Shown here piece after piece: positions 52,670 through 64,000 of a stretch of DNA of 64,000 nucleotides (positions are counted from its first letter, which is position 1; each line of letters begins with the position of its first letter). The position numbers and the translations under genes are program-made. Source of the stretch: Cyanophora paradoxa CCMP329 (lineage: Eukaryota > Plantae > Glaucophyta); assembly GCA_004431415.1 (NCBI GenBank), contig QPMI01000054.1, positions 124,001 through 188,000 of the forward strand, in the 5' to 3' direction. The notes under the pieces were generated by a model. The model searched no databases. It was not told the origin of the DNA and was given only the letters and a program-made list of their open reading frames with translations.

Positions 52670-55600
52670 CTACTTGCGCTTGGCCTCCTGGCGGGCCATG
52701 TCGCGGATGTCGACGACGGCGGTGAGCCAGGCGTGCACGGCCACCGCCGCCTGCGACGCCGCCTCCGCAGCCTCCCGCGGCGTCGCTGCGCCCCCGCCCC
52801 CGCCCCCTCAGAACCCGTCTCTTGCCCCATCCCTAGCGGGCGGGCGGGCGGGCGGACCCTTGAGGATCTTGGCGACGTGCGCGAACTTCTCGCCGGCCGC
52901 GACCGCCAGCTCCTCCTTCTTCGTCGGGTCGTACTCCTTCATCTTCCCTGCGCGAGGGTCGATCCGGGGGCGCGGCGCCGCGCCCGCCGCGCCCCCGGCG
53001 CCGCGCACCTATGACGGTGTCCGCGGGGGACTTTGCCGTCGTCACAATCAGCTGCGGCGGCGGTCGGCCGCGTCAGACAGAGCTGGGCGGGGCGAAAAGA
53101 AAGCAAAGGAGGGGCGGTGCGGGCGGCGGGGCCGACCTGGCGGATCTTGGCCCACTCCGACGCCGGGTCGCTCGGCTGCGCCAGCTCCTTGTTCCCCAGC
53201 ACGATGAACACCGCCTTCCAGATCTGCGAACGAAGTTAGACTGGGGGCGCGGGCAGTGAAGCAGGGTGGAGGGGAGGGGACTCGGACCTCGAGGACGGCT
53301 TTGGGGGGCGAGTTGTACTTCTTCATCTCCCGAATCTCGTTCACTGCGCGCCGCGTACCCCCCTCAGAACCGGGACGCGTACCCCCGGCCCTGGGCCGGA
53401 AACTCGTACCCCGCGCGTCCGCCATGTCCTTCTCGAGGGCGGACTTGAAATCGACGCGCCGCTTGAGCCGCTGCTCGGGGCTGAGCTTCGCCTCGTCCAC
53501 GTACGGCAGGCCCACGTCCAGCTGCGCGGGGTACGGTTCGGGCGAAGGGAGGGGCGGGGTGGGGGGTACGGCGCCGCTGCGTTCGGACCTCGCCGCGCTT
53601 GGAGCGGAGCTGGGCGTAGAAGGAGCCGAGGAGTCCGGCGAGGCGCTCGGCGGCCCTCAGCTCCTCCCCCGAGAAGCCGGGGCCGGGGGCCTCCAGCCGG
53701 TCGAACGCCAGCACGCCCACCACCTCCCCCGCGCCCGACGAGGACGACGAGGACGAGGCGGCGAGGGCGCCCCCCGCCCCCGCTGGCGTCTCCGGCCGGC
53801 TCGAGTCGCCGCCCCCGCCGCTGGGCGCCGGCGAGGGGGCGGCCGGGGAGGCGGCCCCGCCCTCGGCGCCGCCCTCCCCGGCGGCGGCGCCGGCGCCTGG
53901 GGGACGGGGCAGCTTGATGGGTACGACCGCGAAGGCGCCGACGCGCTTTGCGTCCTCGCGGAGCGTGCAGACGCGCTTCTCCTCCTCGACCTTGACCGCG
54001 ACCGCCTCGCCTTTGGCCACCGCCTCGTACGAGACGGGCGCCTTCTCGGGCTCCAGGGCCCGCCCCACCACGAACGCGTTCTCCTTCGTCGCCGCCACGT
54101 ACGTGATCACCCTGCAAGGGGGGAGCGGGCTCAGGAGGAGGGGGGAAGCGGAGGGGGGTACGGGCGCACTTGGCGCCCTGCTCGTTGCGGCGGAGCTCGC
54201 CGATGTACGCGTTTCGGGCGCCCGTCGCCGCCCGCGCCCAACCCGCGATCAGCTCGTTTACCTCCCGCACCTGCGTACCCCCCGCCCGCCCGCTTCAGGG
54301 ACGGGGTCGAAGGCGGAGGGGAGAGCGGGGTACGGCGCGCGCGCCTGGTCGTCGGTGGGCCCCCGCTCGGCGGTCGCCAGGGCGGCCTTCTGCGAGTAGC
54401 CGACGAGCCCCTCCGCCGCCGCCGCCGCCGCCTCCTCCTGCAGCACCCGCCGCCCCCGCGCCTCAGCACCTCCGGTACCCCCTCCGCTTCGGGGGCGGCG
54501 TACCCGGGCCTGGCAGGCGCGGAGCTCGGCGAGGGCCTTGTCCTTCTCCAGGAAGACCTTCCCCAGCTGGTCCGTCGCCTGCCGCCCGGCCCCGCCCCGC
54601 CCGCCTCAGCGGCGCCCACCCGGGGGCAAGGACCCGCGCCCCTCGCCGGGCGCACGTCCTTGGCCTTGGCGATGTAGCGGTCCCTGTCGTGCCGCGTGCT
54701 CGCCAGGCTGTTCTCCATGTTCTCCAGCTGACGCTGCAGGTTCTCGATCTGCAGAGGGGCGGCGTCGGCCCGGGGGGGTGCACGAGGGGCGAGCGCGGGG
54801 GGGTCCGGAGGGAGGAGGGGCACGGTACCGTGGCGCGGTTCTTGACGTCGCCGGCCTCGGTCTGGCGCGTGAGGGCGTCGAGCGCGTGCTTCGTCGCCGC
54901 GAGCTTCGTCGTCGCGTCCGCCAGCTTCTCCTCCGCCGACTGCCCGCAGCGTGCCCCGGCTCGACGGGGACGGTGGAGAGAGCGGGGGGCACGCGAGGGG
55001 GCGGGCGGACGGCGAGGGAGGCGGCGAGGCGGTCGGCGCGGGCCTTCTCCTCCCCGTGCTCCTTCCCCAGCACCTTCGTCGTCGCCAGCTCCTTGTCCAG
55101 CTCCTCCAGGAACAGCTGCGGGGGGGTAGGGGGCCGGGCTCAGCGCGGGCCGGGGCCGGGCTCGAATCCGGCGGGGGCGCCTTGTGGCGGTCGGCGAGGA
55201 TGTCCCGCAGGAGGTTCTGGACGAGGACGAGGAGGGGGTACGCCTCCGTCCGCGAGCGCGGCTGCACCTCGCTCACCCTGCGCGGCGGGCGCGGGGCGCG
55301 CGGTTAGGTTAGGCGGCACCCCGAAAGCCCCGCCCCGCCCCCGCTCCGCCGCGTCGCACCACTTGGTCAGCTCCTGCGGCGGGGCGGCGCGGTCAGCGGC
55401 GGCGGCGGGGGCCGGCGGGGCGGGGGCGGGCGGGGCGCGCCTTGACGTCCCAGCTGTCCATGGGCCTGGAGGCTGCGAACTGGCCCTCCGCCTCCCGCGC
55501 CACGTCCAGGTAGTCCGCCTGCGCCTCGTCAGCGCCGGCCGCGAGAGGCGCCCGGGCGGGCCGGCGCGGGGCGAGCGGAGCGCCGCCGGAGCGGGCGCAC

Positions 55601-55982
55601 GTAGTAGAGCTGCATGTGCTGCTTCTGCGACTGGTCCGCAAACTGGACGGGCACGAGCACATCGTAGTGGCTGTAGCGCAGCGTCGAACCAACCTACCGT
55701 GGTTCCCGCCGCGATTAGCCGTGGCCTGTGCAGGGCCCTCGCGGCGGCGGGAGGCGCGGCGGAGCGCACCTCCGGTGCCTGCGTCTGGAAGAAGTATCGA
55801 CGCTTGGCGTGGGCTAGGCTTCCCTGCAGCGGCGATGTGGAGCGAGCTAGGGACTGAGGCGTGCCGTTGACGCGGGACGCCGCTCGGCTGGCTGATATCC
55901 TATCGAAGTATGTGCCGGGAGTTCCAGGCATCGGCGCTGTGTGCGGCCGGTCGCCATAACCCCACGAGCCGGGAGACTGCAT
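52670..55982 (-). CDS. Coiled-coil + GAF domain + dynein microtubule-binding-domain-like protein (EFCAB5-like C-terminal module; probably ciliary)
   Basis: Coiled coil IENLQRQLENMENSLASTRHDRD; GAF-like NAYIGE...VITYVAAT...VSYEAV...FAVVPI...VVGVLAFDRL...FSGEELRAAERLAGLL; then EIREMKKYNSPPKAVLEIWKAVFIVLG...WAKIRQ...MKEYDP...SQAAVAVHAWLTAV; TAG at 52670-52672. Confidence 0.65.
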
Positions 55983-56489
55983 CTCCAACGGCTGGGCTTC
56001 CTGAGCCTAACCAGACAACTGACAAGCGGCGCTCCGGTCTTCTTAGCTAGTCGTAGCTCACGCGCTGGGCCAGGATAGGGGCTGGCTAAATCGCGTAGAA
56101 TCGTGTACCCAAGCTTCGAAAGCTGTCAAGCTGAATTGCGGCGCGGCTTCAAGCCCAACGACACTCGTCATCCCAGCTCAGAGCTAGACAGAGAAGTCAG
56201 AGAGTTCCGCGCTCCAGCAAAAGCGCCCGAGCCGACGAGCGCAGCCAAACCGGCCCTGCGAGGCGCGTGGCGAGCATCAGCACCGCTTGTGGACCACCTG
56301 CGTTTGTCCGCAACGAGCCTGCTCGAGTTCGGCTCCGCGAGAAACGCGCAGGTCCGTACGCCGCGCCCGTGTCACTGCCAGCGCTCTGATTCGCCCCGTG
56401 CCGTGCTCTCAGCCCCTGCGCCCCCACAGGCAGCGTGACGCAGCGCTCCCTTCGGCCCGCCCCGCGAGGCGCGCCGTGCGGCCGCCGCG

Positions 56490-59095
56490 ATGGAGGAGCT
56501 CCTTCCCGTCGGTGCGCGCGCTCCGCCCTGGCAGGAAGGAGCGAAGAGGTGCTTAGAGGGTCGCAGTGCTAGGGACGGACCCCGGGGCGCTGCGGGCGGC
56601 CATCTGCACCTCACTCGAGGACGACGCCGAGCTCCTCCTCGCCTTCTCCGACCTCGCCTTCCTCCGCCGCTGCCTCGTACCCCCCTTGCTGGATTGCTGT
56701 ACCCCCGGAAGCTCGATTTATGGCCGCGCCGCGTCCGCAGGCGGTGCAGGCGCTCTTCGTGTTCCGCGCCCTCGAGGCGGCCCGGGGGCTCGCCTTCCGC
56801 GGCCGCCGCTTCCTCGAGGCCGAGGCCCGTACCCCCCTTACCTCTCCCCTCCCCCCGGCTCACTTCCCCCCCCGCAGGCCGAGAGGAAGCGCAAGGCCGA
56901 GTTCGAGGCGGCCCTGAAGGCGCGTACCCCCCGCCCCCCCGCCCTGGGGTACAGCCCCCTCCGCCTGACGGGGTACCCCCGCAGAAAGAGGAGGCGGAGT
57001 ACGCCGAAGCGAAGCAGGCGGCGGAGGCGGCGGGCCTCCCCGCGCCCCCTCTACCCCCCTGCATGGCCCAGGTGCGGGGGTACCCCCGGGCGGCCCCCCG
57101 GCCCGTGACGCGGGGGCCCGCCCCAGGTCGCCGAGGAGAAGGAGGCGCTGGAGAAGATCCTGGCGGAGGGCGGGGAGCCGCCCCCGCCCCCCCCGCCCAG
57201 GGTCCGGCCCCCGCCCCCGTCTTCCCTTCGCGGTCCCGATCGGGTACCCCGCAGGTCGACCCCGACGAGCTTGAGCCGTTCCGAGTCGCCGTCGTCGGCG
57301 GGGGGGATACCGCGCGCCACCTCCTCGACATCGCCCTCCGATCCGGTACCCCCTCCCTACCTCTCCGTACCCCTCTCGCCCGGGGTACATCTTCGCTTTC
57401 TCCGGCAGGGTACCTCGCGCCCGAGCAGATCCAGGTCGCGGCCCGCCGGCCCGAGACCCTCATCAAGGCGGGCGGTACCCCCCTCTCCAGCCCGGTCGCC
57501 CCTTACCCCTCCCCCCCTCTCCCCGGCAGTACGCCAAGATGAACGTTCTCGTGACCGACGACCTGGCGCGAGCCGTCGCCGGCACCCAGGCGAGCTCTCT
57601 CCCCCGCCCCCCCACCCCTCCCATCTGACCCCGGCCTCGCCGCCAGTGCGTGGTGCTGGCGTGCGGGCCGCGGCACCTGCCGGCGGCGGCGGCGGCGCTG
57701 GGCGCGCTGCTGCGGCCGGGCCTGCCGCTGCTCTCGGCGGTGGCGGGGGTGCCCACCTCCAAGCTCCGCGCCACGTTCGCCGGCCACCAGCGCGTTCCCC
57801 GCACCATCAAGCTCCAGTTCGTGCGCCCCGTACCCCCCGCACATGCACTCCTGCGTCTTCCCTCTTCTTTGTTTCGTCACCGCCGACGGGGGCGGGTACA
57901 GAGGCACGACCAGCCCCGGGAGCTCATCGTGCCTGAGGCCTGCCGCGCCTACCGGCCCCCCGAGGTGCGAAGAGAGCCGCACCCCCGCGCCATTCCGCCC
58001 CACGGCTGATCTCGCCTCCCACGTCAGTTTCCTCTGCCCCCCGACGAAATGACGGGGTACATCAACACCGCCAGCGTCGACCTGTGTCCGCGCCTCTCGT
58101 CCTTCCGCCCTTCTCCCTTGCTATGCTCTCTTGAACCGTACCCCCCACAGCGGTCGACTTCGCGTCCGTGTACGACATCGTCCTCGCCGTCCAGGTCTGA
58201 ATCCGTACCCCCCTCGGAACCCGCCCCCCGCTCAATGCCCCCCAGGAGTTCGTCGCGGCCCTGTGCCCCGGCCTCTCCCCCGCGAACGCCCGCCGGCGCG
58301 CCCTCCCGCCCTCCCCCTGCACCCCGTACCCCCGGCGCTGAAATCGGGTACCCCCAGGTGCGCGTTCGCGGCGGGGCTTGGGGTCGAGTTCGACGAGCCG
58401 CTCTTCGAGCGCGAGCTCTCCGACGACGAGCTCTACTTCAAGGCCCGCGTACCCCCCGCCCCCGCATTCCCGTACCCCGACCAGTCACCTGACTTCATCG
58501 GTTTCCTTGCAGCTGGTCTCCGGGGCGCAGGAGACGGTTCGCGCGCCCGCGGCGCCCGTTCCCGACGCCATCCTCGCGAAGGCGCGCGTACCCTCTGCCC
58601 TCCGCTCCCCCTACCCCTCACCGCCCCCGCCCCGCAGGAGGCGGCGCCCGAGGAGGAGGAGGAGGACGCGGACGCTCGCCCCAGGCACGTGCTCGCCTCT
58701 CCCTCCGCCCCTTGCGCGCCTCTGAGCGGGGCGGGGCGGCAGGGAGCCGAGCCCGGCCGACCTGGCGGCGATCTCGGCCTTCCGGGCGTACTTCGCGCGC
58801 CTCCTGCTCCCGAGGCCGCCCCCGCCGCCCACGCCGCCGGCGGCCGCCCCGGCGGAGGAGGCGGGGACGCCGCCGGCGTCGGCGCGCTCGGCGGGGTCGG
58901 GGCGGGGCGGCGGCGGCCGCCGGTCTCCTCGCGGCGCTACTCGAGCGCGGCGGGGGCGGGGTGGGGAAGGGGAGCCGGCCCTCGACGGCGGCCTCGGGGC
59001 CCGGGCGGCCCGGCACGGCGCGCCCCGCCACGGCCCTCTCCGCCGCCTCCGGGCGCCCCGCCGTCACCCCGCGCCAGGCCCACACCGCCCGCTAG
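56490..59095 (+). CDS. NOXRED1-like / pyrroline-5-carboxylate reductase-like NAD(P)-binding oxidoreductase; 3' end uncertain
   Basis: Rossmann fold RVAVVGGGDTARHLL, LAPEQIQVAARRPETL, CVVLACGPRHL, LLSAVAGVPTSKLRATF. Confidence 0.7.
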
Positions 59096-59462
59096 CGCAG
59101 CCCCCGGGCAGTGTGTCCCTCGGAAGACAGAGGCGACCTTGGCACGCGCATGAGGGCCGAGCCGACTGTTTTTCGAACATGTGGCAGGGGACAGGGGAGA
59201 TGCAGATCGATATCTCATCCATTTCATTGAATGTAGAAGGCAGGAAGCGCTAGCTCCAAAGAATTCGAATATGGAGCAATTACATGATGGTGTGAAATGA
59301 ATTCAGCTGAGAGATGCGCGTGGAGGGAGGCTGCGAGGGATGGTGGAAGTGCAAGTGGAACTAGTACTTCGAAAGTGGAAGGAGCGAGACGAATTGTGCC
59401 AGGAATTGTGAAGCGTGACAGCGGGGAGCTCGAGACTAATTATAACTATGTGAGGAAACTAT

Positions 59463-62400
59463 TCAAACGGGCCGGGAAGGCCCGGCCCCCCGGTTGAAAG
59501 GGTCGTAGGGGCGCGTGGGGCGGACGGTCGGGCCGCCGGGAGGCAGGTAGGGGCGCGTGGGGCGGGGGGCCGGGGCCGAGGCAGCGTGCGTGGGTGCGGG
59601 GGCGGATGCCGGAGCGGGCTGCATTGGATCCGGAGCAGAGGCCGCGGCCGCGGCTGCAGAGGCGGCGGGGGCAGGCGGGGAGGGGGCGGGGGCGGCCGGA
59701 GCGACGGCAGGGCCCGCTGGGGCGGAGCTCGACAAGCCTGAGGAGCCCGCCGTTGGAGAGATCTCTGCTGCTGCAATGGCGCCGCCGCCGATAGCTGCAA
59801 GCGGGTCGCAGCGCATCGGGCAGGTGGGCATGGCCCCCCTTTTCGCCCGCCATATGCCGATGCACAACGCGCAGAAACTCTCCTGGTCTGCAGATAGAGG
59901 CGTCAGCAATCAGCATTAGGAGAGATAATTATAGGCTACGCACGGCCACAGGAAGAGAGAATGGTGGCAGGGCCGCCGCGGGCGCTTAAGGGCTCCTGGC
60001 AGATGCCGCACTCGCCCTCCTTGGTGTCGAAGTCGTCGACTGGCGCCACGGGCTCGTCGGCAGAAGCGACGTGGGCGAACCTGCTTGAGCAAGTGAGTGC
60101 GGGCTCGAGCGGGCGACGAACAGAGAATGTGCGCATGCACCGGCACCGAGCGCCGAACGTGCAGGAGCCACGTGCGAAAAGCTTGCAGGGTGGCTGCCTG
60201 GAAGGGCCGGCATCTGCGTCGGCCGCGACGGCGGGGCCGACCATGGGGGCAGCGCTAGCGCTGGTCGTGGGGCGTGGAACGTGGGTCCCCTCGCTCTGCG
60301 AATGCTTGGGCTGCTGTGGCTCCGCTGCGCGCTGCCGCCGCTCCGCCTCGTCGGATGCGCCACTCGCCTGCTCCTCCCGATCGCTGCCTTCGTGTTCTTC
60401 GTGCTCGTCCTCTGTCCCGCTCCCTCCCGCCCCCCGCCGCGAGCGCATGGAGGCCTCCGCCTTCTGTCGCTCCTGCTGAACTCTGCCGTCCTCTGAGCGC
60501 ATGGAAATGAACTGAGAAACGCGACAGCGTACCTTGCGAGCAGATTGGAATCAGTCCCGGCGTCCGAGGCGGCGAGCTCGCGCTCCCAGGCCTCCGCCTC
60601 CCGCGCGGCGCCCTCCAAGTCGCCCGCCCCCGCCGTGCACTCTGCGCGGGGCTTGATCATGAGATGCGAGCGAGAGGCAACACACGTCAAGAGAGCGCAC
60701 GGATGCGGAGCAGGCGCGCCTCCGCGTCGCCAGGCGACCGCTGCGCGGTAGAGGCGTCAGCGTCACGGTAGAGGCGTGAGGTATATATGTGGACCGGTCG
60801 ACAGCTCTGCACCTTGAGGACAGCGTTGAGCAGCTGGCGGGCGCGGGACCACTTTAACCTCTGCATGTGCCTGTGCGCCGCCTCCTGTTCGGTTCTCTGA
60901 GCAGAGGACATAGAAGTGCACCGGCCACGAGCCTAACGCACCCGGTCCGTGGCGTCACGCTCGGCTCGCTCGGCGCGCTCGGCCTCCTGCCGCGCCTGCT
61001 CGCGCTCCGTCTCCACCCGCTTCGCCTCCTCCCGCGCCCGCCTCCGCTCCTCCACCTTCGCTGAAATCTTGCAATTGATCTTATTAGATTGCGCCTGCGC
61101 AAATGAATTTTAACTATGTCCATGGCAATCCAAACGACGGAGGCGACTTGCATTCGGCTCTTCATTGTTCGGTCGCTCCCAAGAGCGCGCGAAGGCTCGG
61201 GCGGCGGGCGGGTAGGCTGCCGCGAGGCGCTGTCTCGCTACCTCTGCAGAATTCTTGAGGACCTCAGCAGCCGGCAGCTCCGGTACCCGGGCTGTTATCC
61301 TGCGCCCGAGTCGGCCGGGGGAGGGGGAGTCGGCGGGAGGTCAAGGGGGATGTGGCGCCTACGCACGTGGAGATGAACTCGGTGAGTAAAGCAATGCACT
61401 TGGCGATGCCCGACTCGCCAGCTTCAAGTGCCCCCGCCAGAACTCCAAAGAGCGCTGCTCCCGAGTCGGGTCAGATCCGATAATTATAAGAGGGGAGGGG
61501 GGAGGGCGGGAAGGAGTGGGGGCGGCGCGTGGGGGGGGGGGGGAAGGGGTACCGGAGATGTCGTCGGCCATGCGGGGGATGAGGCGCCGGAGGCGGTTCA
61601 CGAATCCGGGGTGCTCCGGCCCCTCTGGTCGGCGTATTCAGAATGACATATTAACAAGAGATATCGAGCAGAATGGCGATCGAGACGCCTCAATCTCACC
61701 CCCGTGCCCGCTCGAGCCCGCCAGGATCTTGCGTACCAGGGTGACGCAGGCGATTGCAACACAGGCTGAGAGCATTGCGGTCAGGGACCAGGTCGTAATT
61801 TGTTTTTTTTTGTGTTGGGGGGGGGGGGGCAATAGCGAGCGAGGGATTCGAAAGCACTTTGGTTAACGCGTGAGGCAGCGACGATGCGCGCGCCTTTCGG
61901 ACCATCGCCAGCCACCGGCTCAAAGATCAACTCTAGATCTGAGATCAATTTCCGATTTTCAGTGCAATTTCCGATTTTCGGTGCAATTTCCGATTTTCGG
62001 TGCACCTGAGCTCTCCATTGCTGTGGGCCGGACGGTGACTGTGGTGTGAAGGATCTCGAGCAGTAAGTCGAGACGGGGCCCGTCGAAGATCGCGAAGGTC
62101 TCGTTGAAGGACGTAGGAATGGAGGTGCATAAATTCATCAGGTTGCTCTGCCCGTTGATCGAAATCAGCTCGGGACCAAACGCGATCTAAGAATTTGATC
62201 TTACGATGATTCTGGCCGTCAGGGGGAAACGAGGGTTGCGTGGACGCCAGGCGGCCTGAAGCGTGTCCAGCAGCGCTTTCGACGTGCGGGCACGGTCCCC
62301 GCTGAGGATCATCTCCCAGAACTCACGCGCACGGCCTTCGACGAGCAGAAGCACATTGACAACCTGTGCGCCGCAGTTATATAATCATAGTCGAATCATA

Positions 62401-63284
62401 CGACCGCGGACCAACTTCAATTCGGGGTATGGCTCGGACCAGGCTGGCCTGTGCCACGAGAATGTCCGCATGCAATTTCGAGTCCTCTATGCATATGTCG
62501 TCATGATCAGCGGCGCCGGACCTGCGAGAAGGTCCACGATAGTGAGATACGGGATCTGACCAGGCCGGCCTGCACATGTGCTGCGAGAAGCTTAAGGTCC
62601 GTTAACGTTTGCACATTCGATCGCGTGATCTAGATCTATGTCGTCGCGATCGGCGGCGCCGGACCTGGCGGCGATTTCTTCGCCCAAGCGCACGAGAGGG
62701 TGATCCCTGCAAACCAGCCGCAGACACTCCTCAAAGCCACCGGCCCGCGCGAACTGCATGCGTGAAGGATTACGTAAGTACTTGCAATTGCGCATGCGGG
62801 CATGCGACTGCAGATGCATACGTCTGCGGCGCCGCCCGGATATCGATCCGCTCTAGATCGATATCTAGATCTAGATCTACGAACCTCAATCATCTCCCGC
62901 GAGCCCGGTTTCTTACTATAGTCGACGTCAATGTGGATGAGCACGCTCTGAACAGCGCAGACGAGGTCGAGAAATGACCCCGGCGCGCCCGCGGCCGGTA
63001 GTACATCCGCGCCGGCCGCAGCTGCACATGTACATGCAGCGCCAGCCATGGCGGCCGCTCGCTGCAGCACGTACACCAGGTCGCGCGGCTTGAGTTCGAC
63101 GTTCTGGTTCGCGAAAGCATTCTGAGCGAGCGCTCGGGGCGTCAGAGCCTAATCGGATTGCGAGGCAGCGAAGCAGCGTAGCGTCGCACACATGGCTCGC
63201 CTGAGGCGGCGGATTTGCTCGAAGGAATGACAGGATGGCGTCCACTGTGCGCCCCTGGCCACGACCGATGAAAGACTCCGCCAT
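59463..63284 (-). CDS. Protein with uncharacterised helical N-terminus, coiled coil, CCCH zinc finger and RING-HC finger (makorin-like C-terminal module); 5' exons tentative
   Basis: CKLFARGSCTFGARCRFAH (C-x7-C-x5-C-x3-H); CGICQE...SCGHQESFCALCIGIWR...TCPMRC, with the His codon formed across an intron. Upstream exons join plausibly to an ATG at 63284. Confidence 0.6.
61946..62002. repeat. Intronic minisatellite, 3 x 19 bp CAATTTCCGATTTTC(A/G)GTG
   Basis: Directly visible tandem repeat. Confidence 0.9.
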
Positions 63285-63608
63285 CTTCGTTGCGCGCGTC
63301 GCTGAACTTCAATTTCACCGCTGTGTCCACACCGGATAAGCCAGGATGTGCCGATTAGGCATCCGCACTGGATACGTGCCACTGGTGCCAGCCTCTGCCA
63401 GGCCCATTAGGGGTACAGGCACAGAGCGGGCGTCACCGCGTAACAGGCGCATACCTCGAGCGGAGCCTCAACCAGGCCCAGGTGAGGCACAGCTCAAGTT
63501 CGAGCGCGCACGCGAACCGCGACCCGCTTACCTCGCCGTCCCTTCCCTCCGCCATCGATATCCCCGCGCCCTCTACTCGCGCATAAGCTCACGTATACGT
63601 ACGATCGC

Positions 63609-64000
63609 AGGAGGCCGCTGGTCGGCCCCGGGGAATGAGATCGCCCTTGTCCTCGACCTGTCAAACGTGAGCCCGCGGCGCCGCGACTCCGCCGTGCAGC
63701 GCAGCTTCTTTGAAATGACTCGATTCGGCCCAGATTGCGTACACGCTCATCCAACAGGCCGCCGAGGCAGCCGCGCAGCTGGGCGGTCGCGGCGATGTCG
63801 ACGGACCCGCCGCTGCGGCGGAGGCCGGCGGGCGGAGTCTTTACTTCCTCGTCAACATCTCCGGCAGTGCGCCTCCACGCAATGATCAGACCGCAGCGCG
63901 CGGCCGCGGCAGCGCCGCGGCGATCAGCTGACACGTGCGGCTGCGCCGCAGGCGAGTACGACCTGCTGGACGCGCACGTGGAGCGCTACTTCCGCCGCCT
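63609..64000 (+). CDS. 5' part of an Asteroid/FAM120/XPG-like PIN-domain protein; start not resolved, runs off the window
   Basis: Spliced EIALVLDLSNIAYTL...NISGSEYDLLDAHVERYFRRL resembles the Asteroid N-terminal pattern (hhhD...GG(D/E)Y...V..FF..L). Confidence 0.45.

Overview
This is a very GC-rich eukaryotic nuclear sequence, probably from a flagellated alga or protist. A glaucophyte such as Cyanophora fits the style, but the sequence does not prove it. Genes are densely packed and split by many short introns (mostly 50-150 nt), roughly half with GC rather than GT donors in the gene counted (DDX46), so the six-frame ORF track mostly shows fragments and shadow ORFs. Genes spliced by eye: (1) 5'-truncated Prp5/DDX46 DEAD-box helicase (+); (2) purple acid phosphatase (+) with a 16.2-kb, apparently non-coding three-LTR retroelement inserted in one intron (identical 288-bp LTRs, CTCAG target-site duplication); (3) MFS transporter (-); (4) Pro-rich orphan (-); (5) intron-rich bacterial-type alpha-2-macroglobulin that lacks the thioester motif and ends in an EGF domain plus hydrophobic tail (+); (6,7) a head-to-head paralog pair with ATGs 83 bp apart, built from 3 and 6 copies of an unrecognised ~100-aa helical repeat; (8) coiled-coil/GAF/dynein-MTBD-like protein (-); (9) NOXRED1/P5CR-like Rossmann protein (+); (10) CCCH+RING protein (-); (11) the start of an Asteroid/XPG-like PIN nuclease (+). 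The best candidate for an undescribed system is the divergent repeat-protein pair at 41.7-52.4 kb. All exon boundaries were read manually and need RNA-seq confirmation.
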